Shown here one piece after another: positions 24,938 through 33,617 of a DNA stretch of 64,000 nucleotides. The stretch's first letter is position 1; each line of letters begins with the position of its first letter. The notes under the pieces were generated by a model. It saw only the letters and a list, made by a program, of their open reading frames with translations, made no database searches and was not told the DNA's origin. The position numbers and the translations under genes are program-made. The stretch lies in sequence record PZ154897.1; one strand, given 5' to 3'. This stretch comes from a phage.

Positions 24938-25724
24938 TGTATTCTTTAGAGGAATTTAATAATCAAGCAATAAACGCAGATTTCCAACGTAATAATATGT
25001 TTAGCTGCGTTTTTGCGCTGGCACACAAAAACTGATAAGAAAATCAGGGGTTAGTAAATATCTTATTGGTGCCATGAGTCAACGTACAGTTCAAAGTTTA
25101 TTGGGCTCATTTACAGTTGGTACATATTTAATTGACTTCTTTAACATGGCATATAACTCATCTGGATTGATGATATATTCTGTAAAAATGCCAGAGAATA
25201 GATTATCCTATGAAACTGACTGGAACTATAATTCTCCTAATATTCGTATAACTGGGAGAGAATTAGACCCTTTGGTTATTTCATTTAGGATGGATTCAGA
25301 AGCATGTAATTATCGTGCGATGCAAGACTGGGTTAACGCTGTTCAAGACCCAGTAACTGGATTGCGTGCTTTACCACAAGATGTCGAGGCAGACATTCAA
25401 GTTAATCTTCATTCTCGTAATGGATTGCCTCATACTGCGGTGATGTTCACTGGATGCATTCCAATATCAGTGAGCGCTCCTGAGTTATCATATGATGGAG
25501 ATAACCAAATAACTACATTTGATGTTACTTTTGCGTATAGAGTGATGCAGGCTGGAGCGGTTGATAGGCAAGCTGCGCTTGAATGGCTTGAATCTGCTGC
25601 TATAAATGGTATTCAAAGCGTTCTCGGAAATAGTGGAGGTGTTACTGGACTATCTAATTCGCTTTCACGACTTAGTAGACTAGGAGGAACCTCAGGAAGC
25701 ATTTCAAATATTAGTATACTATGA
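24937..25724 (+). CDS. 54: baseplate tail-tube initiator gp54 homolog, interrupted by a frameshift as sequenced (32 codons at 24937-25035, remainder in -1 frame to 25724)
   Basis: Tube-fold motifs split across two frames (FQRNNMFSCVF in frame A; ...TTFDVTFAYRVMQ in frame B); synteny after gene 48. Confidence 0.7.
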
Positions 25725-25772
25725 CAGGGATTGTCAATTCGCAAAGTAAAATATTAGGAGCAATATAACAAT

Positions 25773-25790
25773 GGGGACCGAAAGGTCCCC
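25773..25790. terminator. bidirectional terminator between 54 (+) and alt.-3 (-)
   Basis: GGGGACC-GAAA-GGTCCCC with T-run. Confidence 0.8.
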
Positions 25791-25796
25791 ATATTT

Positions 25797-26087
25797 TTAT
25801 TTACGGAATGAAATGAAAGCAGCAACTGAAGCAACTAAACTGTCTTCAATATAAACTTCAATTTTTACCGGAGCTTCTGACTCAAATTTACCTGTTACTA
25901 CACCTTGGAAAATACTTTCAGTCTGTTCTGGCTTTGAAAAATTTTCAGAAGGAAAAATTCCAAACTTTTTATCTGTTCCGAAAATTTTGATAAATTCATC
26001 ATAAACTGCTTCATTAAAAGCATTATCAGCAGGAATAACGCCTTCAACTACAAGTTCTTGACCTAAAAAGCGTAAAGAAGATTTCAT
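25797..26087 (-). CDS. hypothetical protein (alt.-3 position)
   Basis: 96-aa ORF with GAGGAA RBS, downstream of early promoter. Confidence 0.55.
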   Translation of the reverse strand: MKSSLRFLGQELVVEGVIPADNAFNEAVYDEFIKIFGTDKKFGIFPSENFSKPEQTESIFQGVVTGKFESEAPVKIEVYIEDSLVASVAAFISFRK

Positions 26088-26118
26088 TTTGTGTTCCTCA
26101 TGTTATGTCAGTAAGACT

Positions 26119-26148
26119 ACTATAACACAACACGAGGGACTTGTAAAC
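26119..26148 (-). promoter_or_regulatory. early sigma70-type promoter (GTTTACA-N17-TATAGT)
   Basis: Minus-strand -35 at 26142-26148, -10 at 26119-26124; drives ORF starting 26087. Confidence 0.7.
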
Positions 26149-26505
26149 TACATTTTGAACTTTTTAGTACGCGTAATAGGCATGCGTCGATTTTATACTG
26201 TTTCATTGTTTGAAGAGCAGTATCAAAAACAGCATTAATGACACCAATTGGATTTCCACCCAAGTTTTTAAGCTTAACTAATGATAGTTTCTCATTAACA
26301 CCTATCATTACGATATGCATCATTTTGTCGCCTGGCTTAACGTTTTTATTTGTATCACCGCCAGAGGTGTATGTACAAAATCTAAATCCAGGAAGCACGC
26401 TTTCTTCGCCGGCTTGAATAGCAAAATTTGTGGTATTTTATGCTTAGGATTTAAGTTAACAACCGGCGCCGAAGCGCCGTCAAATAATTCTGTAATAAGT
26501 TCCAT
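26120..26505 (-). pseudogene. frameshifted partial duplicate of alt 5' region (alt.-1/alt.-2-like ORFs)
   Basis: MELITELFD...NLNPKHKIPQI and PGFRFCTYTSGGDTN...MKQYKIDACLLRVLKS parallel Alt residues 1-120 in two frames. Confidence 0.6.
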
Positions 26506-26508
26506 GAT

Positions 26509-28560
26509 TTATCCTTGAACGAACTTGTAAGGCATGTTTGCAATATCTATGCAAGACGCAATAATTCCAAGAGATGATTCTACTTTCTGTTTAACATTTG
26601 ATGAAACAAATGATGCAAAGTCAACTCTATCTTCTATATCACCTGTCATTGTAACCAATTCACCAGTTTCCATTAAATGGTCTCCGTCATAGATTACCGA
26701 TTCGGTGAGTTCTTCTGTGGTCATAACTTCAGCTTGAATAAGCTTGTTGTTAGTTCTAACTGTTCCATCGTTGTAAGATGCATCGGTTATTTTATTAACT
26801 TTGACCATTAATCCACGTGGCAAAATGACTTCCATTTCATTTGAAGGCGCTAAACTTCCACCGGGTAAAACAACATTGACTTTATCAGCCCCAGTAATAA
26901 CCCATCCAATTCCAACTAAATTATCGCTAGAATTTACAAGTCCTTCATCAGTTTTATCAATAGAAACACTTAGACGCTTTTCGTCTGGTAAAACACCTAT
27001 AGATGAATCAGTCATCCAAGTACCAAAAATATTTGGATATAATGATGTTGACACAAAGTTTCTAAAATAAAAAACTCGATTTTTTACCATTGCTTCATAT
27101 ATTGAAGGTAACATTCGTTGTGAACGATACAAAGTAATACCTTTTGGTAATCGTTCACCATTTTTAAAGGCTGAATCTAAATTATCAATGGCTTGTTCTA
27201 TTTCAGGTGCTGTTAAAATACTTGTACGCTCATCTGGATTATATAATCCCAAAAGAGCATTATTCATGTCTACATATCCTGAACCTACATATTCACGAAT
27301 TCCGCGTTTTTGCGCTGGTGTGTATTTAGATGAATCTTTATTTTCGACTATAGGATGTAATGACCATCCAGCGGTAAGAGCATATCCACGTAATTCTCTT
27401 CGAATAATCTTTGTTTTTATTGCATTCCAAGAATTTTGTACTAACTCATTTGCAGCATCTTGGTTTAAATGCGAATGTCTGTTAATATTTCTTTCAAACC
27501 AAGCACCTTTATATTTTTCTAAAGTATCATCGACGATAGAAGCAATAGTTTCTAAAGTTTTTATTGAAGTAATAGATTCTTTTCGTAATTTTTCTAAAGC
27601 TTTATTTTTTATTTCTGCATTAATAATGGATTCTTTATCTTCAGGAATTATAGAAGCTTCTCTGAATGCCATCCCAGCTGTAACACTGCTAAGAGCATTC
27701 TCTAGTGCAAATCCTGAAGTAGAAATTACCGTTAATTCATTAGAATCAGAAATTAAAGGAGCGTCCGCTGGTTTATTTAATTCTGCCGCTGAAGCCTCAA
27801 ATTTTTGAAACATCGGTGTTTCAAATCTAGAAGATTCCAATGACTGACTTTGTGCAATTGCTCTACGGGAAATTTTAACTTTAACGATTACAGCTTGGTC
27901 AGAACGTTTATCATTTTCTTGTGCAATAGATGCTGCAATTGCCTCATTTTTAGTTACTTGAGCTCCAGTATCTTTATTGATATAAACATCACCGACCTTC
28001 GATTCAACCTTAGTAAAGAGCTCGGTACTAATTTCCGGAACCCCTGGAATGTCTTCTAGTGATACATTTTTGCGATGTATAAGAATATATGCATACTTTT
28101 TATCATAATCCCAGAGTTCCTTAAGAAGGACGTATCTGCCACCTGAACGACTACGGATAAGTCTATCAGCAATAACTTGAATTTGTCGAGCTTGACCAGC
28201 GGTTTTAGACTTAAGAATACGGAGCATACAAGCATCAATTTTATATTGACGCATTGTTTGCATTGCAACAGTAAAAACTGAATTGATATAATTAATTGGG
28301 CTTGGCCCAAGACCTTTCAATTTAGCAATTGAACCTTTAGCGGTTAATGTAAAAGGAACAATATGCATCATTTTATCGCCCATCTTTAAATCACGATTAG
28401 TATCACCTCCAGATGTATAGGTACATAAACGAAAGCCCGGTTGTTCAATTGCGTCATCAACATGAACTGAAAAAATTTGCGGTATTTTCTTCTTTGGATT
28501 TAAGTTTGTAATTGGAAGAGTAGTATCTTCGTCAAATAATTCTGTAATTAGTTCCATCAT
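26509..28560 (-). CDS. alt: Alt, packaged ADP-ribosyltransferase
   Basis: 683-aa ORF; T4 Alt is about 682 aa; synteny next to gene 30. Confidence 0.9.
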   Translation of the reverse strand: MMELITELFDEDTTLPITNLNPKKKIPQIFSVHVDDAIEQPGFRLCTYTSGGDTNRDLKMGDKMMHIVPFTLTAKGSIAKLKGLGPSPINYINSVFTVAMQTMRQYKIDACMLRILKSKTAGQARQIQVIADRLIRSRSGGRYVLLKELWDYDKKYAYILIHRKNVSLEDIPGVPEISTELFTKVESKVGDVYINKDTGAQVTKNEAIAASIAQENDKRSDQAVIVKVKISRRAIAQSQSLESSRFETPMFQKFEASAAELNKPADAPLISDSNELTVISTSGFALENALSSVTAGMAFREASIIPEDKESIINAEIKNKALEKLRKESITSIKTLETIASIVDDTLEKYKGAWFERNINRHSHLNQDAANELVQNSWNAIKTKIIRRELRGYALTAGWSLHPIVENKDSSKYTPAQKRGIREYVGSGYVDMNNALLGLYNPDERTSILTAPEIEQAIDNLDSAFKNGERLPKGITLYRSQRMLPSIYEAMVKNRVFYFRNFVSTSLYPNIFGTWMTDSSIGVLPDEKRLSVSIDKTDEGLVNSSDNLVGIGWVITGADKVNVVLPGGSLAPSNEMEVILPRGLMVKVNKITDASYNDGTVRTNNKLIQAEVMTTEELTESVIYDGDHLMETGELVTMTGDIEDRVDFASFVSSNVKQKVESSLGIIASCIDIANMPYKFVQG

Positions 28561-28580
28561 ATCCTCTCTAGTGTTTATTC

Positions 28581-28588
28581 TATTTATA
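28581..28588 (-). promoter_or_regulatory. late promoter TATAAATA (minus strand) for alt
   Basis: Plus-strand tatttata 20 nt upstream of alt start. Confidence 0.65.
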
Positions 28589-28593
28589 AAATT

Positions 28594-28611
28594 AAAGGCC
28601 CGAAGGCCTTT
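28594..28611 (-). terminator. hairpin terminator upstream of alt
   Basis: AAAGGCC-CGAA-GGCCTTT stem-loop. Confidence 0.6.
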
Positions 28612-28798
28612 AATAATCTAACGGTAAGAGAGTACGATATATTTCAAACTTTGGACCTTTTTCATAGGCATCAAATGTTTCTGTGAATTTATTATAAGCA
28701 TATGCATCTACAAATTCGAGAATGACTTGTGATACAGAAGTAGAAACATCTCCACCTTCTTTTTGAGCAATGACAATTGTTTCTAAGTAAGCTTTCAT
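28610..28798 (-). CDS. hypothetical small protein
   Basis: 62-aa ORF overlapping gene 30 stop. Confidence 0.4.
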   Translation of the reverse strand: MKAYLETIVIAQKEGGDVSTSVSQVILEFVDAYAYNKFTETFDAYEKGPKFEIYRTLLPLDY

Positions 28799-30258
28799 AG
28801 ACCAGTTACCTCATGAAAATCGCCAAATACATCTTCGAACGTATTAGCTTTAGTTTTATCTTCACGTAAACGAATCGCAATTGGAAGAAATAATTTTACG
28901 TAATCAGTGCGGCCATCAGATTTTAACCAACCATTGCATTCGCACTCTAGAATTTTTCCAATATAATAATTTTGGTTTTCCATAATGCGAGTACGGTCAA
29001 GTTCATGCGATTTTACACCGGCTTTATCTTTTAAGCCTGAACCAGCATTTACCTTAATTTTTCCACACTCTGACTCAAGAATAAATCCACCTGCTTTAGT
29101 AGGGTCTTTACGGTGAGGATAAATTCCTACAATTTTTAAATCAACATCAATTACTTCTTTAAATTTATAGAGATTTTTTGAACGAGCATTTTCCCATAAT
29201 CCATCGATATTTTTGAGAATAATACCTTCAAGACCTTGGTCAATATACTTTTTATAAATTACCTTAGCTTCATCTAGGTTATTTACTACCTGGTTTTCAA
29301 TTAAAATTACTTTATCATAGCCTGATGTCATTTGTTCTAGTTTAGAAAAACGTACATCATATTTTAAACGAAATGCAGGAAGACCGTATATTTCTACCAA
29401 CGGGACATAATCCCAGACCTGAAACTTCATGCATTGAGCTTCTTTTTCAGAAATGGTTCCCTTTAAAGATTTATTGGCGATGCCATTAGATGCAGTACGT
29501 GATTCAGCTACTTCTGTGAAGTCTTTAACTTTGCTGTTTTCAGGATGAGCATCAAAAAGAAAATCTAGGCCTTCTGGTTCCTTTTCAACTTGCTCATGGT
29601 ATACCAATTCGCCATCAATTAACACGCCTTCTGGATGAATCTGGCGGGCTTCAGCGGTCATTTTGATTAATTCTTCCTTAAGAAGATCTAATCCTAGATA
29701 TTCATTACCGGCTCGTGATAAAAGACGAACATCATCTAATTCATCACCTCGGACTTCAGCAAAACACCGAGCTCCATCTGCTTTTAACTGCGCAAAGGCT
29801 GGAAATTTGATATTCTTATTAATGCCTTTTTCATCATAAGAACTTGCGAGCATTTGAGGTTGTTCAGGAATTAAACCCGGCCAAACTTTGTTTGCAATAG
29901 ATACTGAAGCACCACATTCAAGGTCTCGCATCATAACTCGACGCAAAACTTCAACATCATCCTTTTTACCATCGGTGATATATCCGGTTAATTCCTCAAT
30001 TGCTGCATTTCCAGTCAATTTCCGAGTAGCTAACGTGAATTCAATGAAGTCAAGCATATCGGTAATAGTCAGCATTCCAAAACTCTGAGTAGCAATACCA
30101 GGCTTAGGCCATTTTTTGATATAATACTGCAACCCACGAGAATAAGTCAGACGATATACTCGTTTAAGCAATTCATTATCTTTATTCTTTTCAAGAATTG
30201 CTTGCTTCTGCTTAGTTGAACCAATAGATGCTATTTCATTCAGAATTTTAAGAATCAT
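28795..30258 (-). CDS. 30: ATP-dependent DNA ligase gp30
   Basis: 487-aa ORF; T4 DNA ligase length; ligase motif K-x-DG (IKADGAR). Confidence 0.95.
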   Translation of the reverse strand: MILKILNEIASIGSTKQKQAILEKNKDNELLKRVYRLTYSRGLQYYIKKWPKPGIATQSFGMLTITDMLDFIEFTLATRKLTGNAAIEELTGYITDGKKDDVEVLRRVMMRDLECGASVSIANKVWPGLIPEQPQMLASSYDEKGINKNIKFPAFAQLKADGARCFAEVRGDELDDVRLLSRAGNEYLGLDLLKEELIKMTAEARQIHPEGVLIDGELVYHEQVEKEPEGLDFLFDAHPENSKVKDFTEVAESRTASNGIANKSLKGTISEKEAQCMKFQVWDYVPLVEIYGLPAFRLKYDVRFSKLEQMTSGYDKVILIENQVVNNLDEAKVIYKKYIDQGLEGIILKNIDGLWENARSKNLYKFKEVIDVDLKIVGIYPHRKDPTKAGGFILESECGKIKVNAGSGLKDKAGVKSHELDRTRIMENQNYYIGKILECECNGWLKSDGRTDYVKLFLPIAIRLREDKTKANTFEDVFGDFHEVTGL

Positions 30259-30524
30259 TGCTCATCCTTCAAGGTTTGGTTTACAGCTCTATTATAAATC
30301 AATTCATCATTAAGCTCAGGCAAAGACTTATGATATGTAGTTCTAACTTTATTTCCTTGCATCCAGTGCTTGATATAAATGAAACCTTGCTCTACGCATT
30401 TTTTAAAAATTCGTTCGTCTTTTTGAGCTCGGAATTCTGGATTGCATCTAAAGAATTGATTTACGTGACCGTAATCACGTGTAGTATTACCTTCATTTTC
30501 ATAAATAGTGTGAACGACAAACAT
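30255..30524 (-). CDS. hypothetical protein (30.1 position)
   Basis: 89-aa ORF; synteny. Confidence 0.5.
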   Translation of the reverse strand: MFVVHTIYENEGNTTRDYGHVNQFFRCNPEFRAQKDERIFKKCVEQGFIYIKHWMQGNKVRTTYHKSLPELNDELIYNRAVNQTLKDEQ

Positions 30525-31387
30525 TAGAATGCTCCTTGGAAAATATTATCACCACTAGTAAGTCTATTAAAATACCCTGCGTCGCCAGGCTTAGTATAAC
30601 TCCACGTATGGAATGGATTCATATGATACGGGTGCGTATAATATGGATTATATGGATGTGTATAATATGGATTATACGGATTAAATCCAGGAGTTCTCCA
30701 AGTAGTGTTCCAACGAAAAGAATCGTTTTTAACCATCTTCTCAATTACATCTTTTATAGCTTTTTCACTATCAAAACTTTCTTTATTTTCCTTCGGCGAA
30801 AAAAGCTTATTTTCTACATCATTCCATGTATAAACTCGCTGCGCAGTTTTTGGAATATTGTCACGCTCTCCTCGAGCCATCCAATAAACCGGAACATTTA
30901 ATATTTCACTCGCATGATCGCAATGGTGAGCGAGATCGTCAATATAACAAATTACGTTATATTTCTCTTTTGCCTTTTTGAATAACTCTTCTTTTGAAGA
31001 ATCATGACCACACATCATTACTTCTGAGAAGGCACCAGGAAAAAGAGCATTCAAATTAAATTGACGATTCAACAGAGCGTCAATAGAATCACCCAATGCT
31101 GTAACAGCTACAAAATTATAATCTTCTTTTAATTTGTTAATTACACACAGGGCATCTTTATACGGAGACAAGTAACGAATAAAATCTGAACGATTGTATT
31201 TTTCAATTAACTTGACACCAAGTTCTTCATCACAATTAAAGAGTTTACCTGGAGAAATAAATTTCTCATCTTGGATCATTTTTAAAATATGTTCTAACGG
31301 AAGATTATATTTCTGAGCAAAATAAGGAAGGCCTGATTGCCAGCTTAAACATACTCCATCAATATCAGTCAAAATAGTTGGCTTCAT
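30524..31387 (-). CDS. HAD-like (DxDGV) hydrolase/nucleotidase-like protein with C-terminal YNPYYTHP repeats (30.2 position)
   Basis: 287-aa ORF; N-terminal TDIDGV motif; tandem 24-bp repeat in coding DNA. Confidence 0.55.
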   Translation of the reverse strand: MKPTILTDIDGVCLSWQSGLPYFAQKYNLPLEHILKMIQDEKFISPGKLFNCDEELGVKLIEKYNRSDFIRYLSPYKDALCVINKLKEDYNFVAVTALGDSIDALLNRQFNLNALFPGAFSEVMMCGHDSSKEELFKKAKEKYNVICYIDDLAHHCDHASEILNVPVYWMARGERDNIPKTAQRVYTWNDVENKLFSPKENKESFDSEKAIKDVIEKMVKNDSFRWNTTWRTPGFNPYNPYYTHPYNPYYTHPYHMNPFHTWSYTKPGDAGYFNRLTSGDNIFQGAF

Positions 31388-31848
31388 AGAGAGTCTCTTA
31401 ATAGGTTTAACACATCAATAAATTCAGCTTCGGTTAGTATTGTATCATCTTTTGTTAGACCACTAGCCATGCTGTGCTTCAAAACTTTTCCTTTCGAGGC
31501 TTGTAATGCATCGCGAAAGCCCTTGTTTTGGATCGCTGCTTCAAAATATGCATTTGTGTATAATTCTTTCCACGCCGGGGAGTATCTTGAAAACGGAACT
31601 CCAAGCCAGAAGAGGGTCCCACGGTCCTGAGCTCTAGCATAAGACCTTCCAGCTTGTTGGGCGGCAAGCCCGGATAACCCAAATATACGTCTTTGATGTT
31701 CAACATTTTTCACCTTACACCCTTGGAGGAATCCTTCGAGACCTCCAAATTGAATGCCATCCATAACGAAAGGCCATTGGGCGAAATTACTTAATGCACA
31801 TGATGGCCATTTAAAATTGCTTCTTATCTCTAGCTCAGACATTTTCAA
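31384..31848 (-). CDS. hypothetical protein, possible NADAR/YbiA-like domain (30.3 position)
   Basis: 154-aa ORF; SNFAQWPF...DG...F motif pattern; tentative. Confidence 0.5.
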   Translation of the reverse strand: MKMSELEIRSNFKWPSCALSNFAQWPFVMDGIQFGGLEGFLQGCKVKNVEHQRRIFGLSGLAAQQAGRSYARAQDRGTLFWLGVPFSRYSPAWKELYTNAYFEAAIQNKGFRDALQASKGKVLKHSMASGLTKDDTILTEAEFIDVLNLLRDSL

Positions 31849-32041
31849 TACTTATAATTTCAACATCAGCCCAATGACCATAGCAAGGAAGACGAAATTC
31901 AACTGGCCAGTTAGGGTCCTTTTCTAATATAATAGACTCAACTTGTGGTTCTTCATGTTCATCAGTATACGGACCTTTATACGTTACTTTATATGTGACC
32001 TTAATGTACTGAATTCCAAAAATCTTATTAATTATATTCAT
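31835..32041 (-). CDS. hypothetical small protein
   Basis: 68-aa ORF in compact minus-strand operon. Confidence 0.4.
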   Translation of the reverse strand: MNIINKIFGIQYIKVTYKVTYKGPYTDEHEEPQVESIILEKDPNWPVEFRLPCYGHWADVEIISIENV

Positions 32042-32235
32042 ACTAATTCCTTTAATCCATAGATAGGAGATAATTCATCACCCATACGAAGATCTTCATT
32101 TCCATCTACCCAGGAAACAATATAAGCCTCTTTTATTTGAATACCACTCCATTTAAATGGAGGTAGAACCTTAGAAATTAATCCAGGTATACCAACTCCC
32201 TTTAATTCAACAGTTTGACCTAAAAAGAATTTCAT
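32038..32235 (-). CDS. hypothetical small protein
   Basis: 65-aa ORF, start/stop overlap with neighbours. Confidence 0.4.
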   Translation of the reverse strand: MKFFLGQTVELKGVGIPGLISKVLPPFKWSGIQIKEAYIVSWVDGNEDLRMGDELSPIYGLKELV

Positions 32236-32522
32236 TAAAACCTCATCTGAAAACCATGCGATTTAACATTACCACCACCAATGTCAGAAATATTAATTTC
32301 ACGCGCAATTGAAGGGTCAATGTCAATTTCACGATTGAGTTTAGTGATAGCTAAAGTATCGCGCCCATTTACAGTACGGAACTCTAAAGGACATACTACA
32401 TTAACGTAGTTTTTAATCGATTCGCTGGTAGGTTGCAAATGAGCAGGAAGGTCTTTAGGCGCCTTAGAGAAAACTACTTCGCAGAAGTTTTTACGAGTAT
32501 CAAAATAAGTAGTCATAAACAT
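32235..32522 (-). CDS. hypothetical protein
   Basis: 95-aa ORF, start/stop overlap. Confidence 0.45.
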   Translation of the reverse strand: MFMTTYFDTRKNFCEVVFSKAPKDLPAHLQPTSESIKNYVNVVCPLEFRTVNGRDTLAITKLNREIDIDPSIAREINISDIGGGNVKSHGFQMRF

Positions 32523-32563
32523 AGTATTTTCCTCAGTAAGGGGCCGAAGCCCCTCATTTTATT

Positions 32564-32929
32564 TTAAATATCAAATTCGTTAAGAACTACATCAAAGATT
32601 GCTTCAAGATGCTCAGGTTTAGCTCTGTTACTCAGAATATGACGAATCCAAGTTTTAACCAGAAGCTTACGATTGACGCCATTCCAGCAAGGATGAGTAC
32701 CTAAATCGCGTTGACGAAAATCATCATCTAATGCGATTTTAAAAGAAGAACCTTCTTTCGTGATTGAAACCGTGCTGCCATTTTCAAATCGCATATAAAC
32801 GTAGTTAGGAGTCATATACTGTTCAATTTCGCATACTGATCCATTTTGATGTTTCCAAAGGCAGATAGTATCAATAGAACCTGCAATACCATTAGAAACA
32901 TATTTACGTTCAAAGTTGATGTAGTTCAT
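32564..32929 (-). CDS. hypothetical protein
   Basis: 121-aa ORF downstream of early promoter. Confidence 0.5.
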   Translation of the reverse strand: MNYINFERKYVSNGIAGSIDTICLWKHQNGSVCEIEQYMTPNYVYMRFENGSTVSITKEGSSFKIALDDDFRQRDLGTHPCWNGVNRKLLVKTWIRHILSNRAKPEHLEAIFDVVLNEFDI

Positions 32930-32966
32930 TTTTATTCTCCGAGATGTTTAATTGCGGTACAGGTAT

Positions 32967-32995
32967 ATAATATCATATCCTGTACCAAAGTAAAC
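32967..32995 (-). promoter_or_regulatory. early promoter (GTTTAC...TATTAT) with 8-bp inverted repeat spanning -10
   Basis: Minus-strand GTTTAC at 32990-32995; IR ggtacagg/cctgtacc at 32956-32986. Confidence 0.6.
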
Positions 32996-32997
32996 AA

Positions 32998-33330
32998 TTA
33001 TTTTACTACTTTCCAGTGCTGCATGTCAAGTTTACCAACTTTTTTCATCTTCTCAATTAAGCGTTCGGCACGTTGGCGAGCTGTAACATAATACCATTCA
33101 CCCAATTCATTTTGTTCAATTTTTCCAACGATTACTGTATTCAATTCATAAATCCAACCAGTAAAGAAATTATGAACTTGGATTGTAAAGGTGAAATCTG
33201 TTCCCATACCTTCTGTTGTTTCTACTTCAATAATATCACCTTCAACTGCCATTAAGAACCACATAGTTTCATCATATTTACCATTGAAGCATTTAGTTTT
33301 AACTGTAGCGTTCAGATTAATCGTTTTCAT
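32998..33330 (-). CDS. hypothetical protein
   Basis: 110-aa ORF downstream of early promoter. Confidence 0.5.
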   Translation of the reverse strand: MKTINLNATVKTKCFNGKYDETMWFLMAVEGDIIEVETTEGMGTDFTFTIQVHNFFTGWIYELNTVIVGKIEQNELGEWYYVTARQRAERLIEKMKKVGKLDMQHWKVVK

Positions 33331-33357
33331 TTTATTCTCCTTTGTTTGTGTAAGATA

Positions 33358-33387
33358 ATACTATCACAAAGGAACTATACTGTAAAC
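33358..33387 (-). promoter_or_regulatory. early promoter (GTTTACA-N17-TAGTAT)
   Basis: Minus-strand consensus upstream of ORF starting 33330. Confidence 0.6.
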
Positions 33388-33416
33388 AACTTTGTGCAAT
33401 CTTTGGAAAATAAAAA

Positions 33417-33436
33417 AGGACTCCCGAAGGAGTCCT
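33417..33436 (-). terminator. intrinsic terminator
   Basis: AGGACTCC-CGAA-GGAGTCCT followed by U-run on minus strand. Confidence 0.75.
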
Positions 33437-33440
33437 TAAC

Positions 33441-33617
33441 TTATGCTTTCTGCTTACCAAAACGAGAAGCATCATCTCGAAGAACCGCACGTGCTCGGCG
33501 CATGATCTTCTCAACAGTTTGATTGATACGAGAGTTCGACCCACGCTTGTAACCAGCGCGTTTAGAATCACCAACTTTCTTTTCAACTGCTTTCTTTGCT
33601 TTAGCTTGTTTTGCCAT
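33441..33617 (-). CDS. small basic protein (rIII-region gene; identity uncertain)
   Basis: 58 aa from MAKQAKAKK; Lys/Arg-rich; position upstream of 30.x cluster. Confidence 0.45.
   Translation of the reverse strand: MAKQAKAKKAVEKKVGDSKRAGYKRGSNSRINQTVEKIMRRARAVLRDDASRFGKQKA

Noticed and set aside
27188-27808. 206-aa plus-strand ORF inside alt
   Set aside because: Entirely antisense to the well-supported alt gene; no start context; spurious.
32539-32554. AGGGGC-CGAA-GCCCCT hairpin between two minus-strand ORFs, considered as a terminator
   Set aside because: On the minus (transcribed) strand it is not followed by a U-tract; the T-run is on the plus-strand side where no gene ends. Kept only as a possible RNA stability or processing hairpin.
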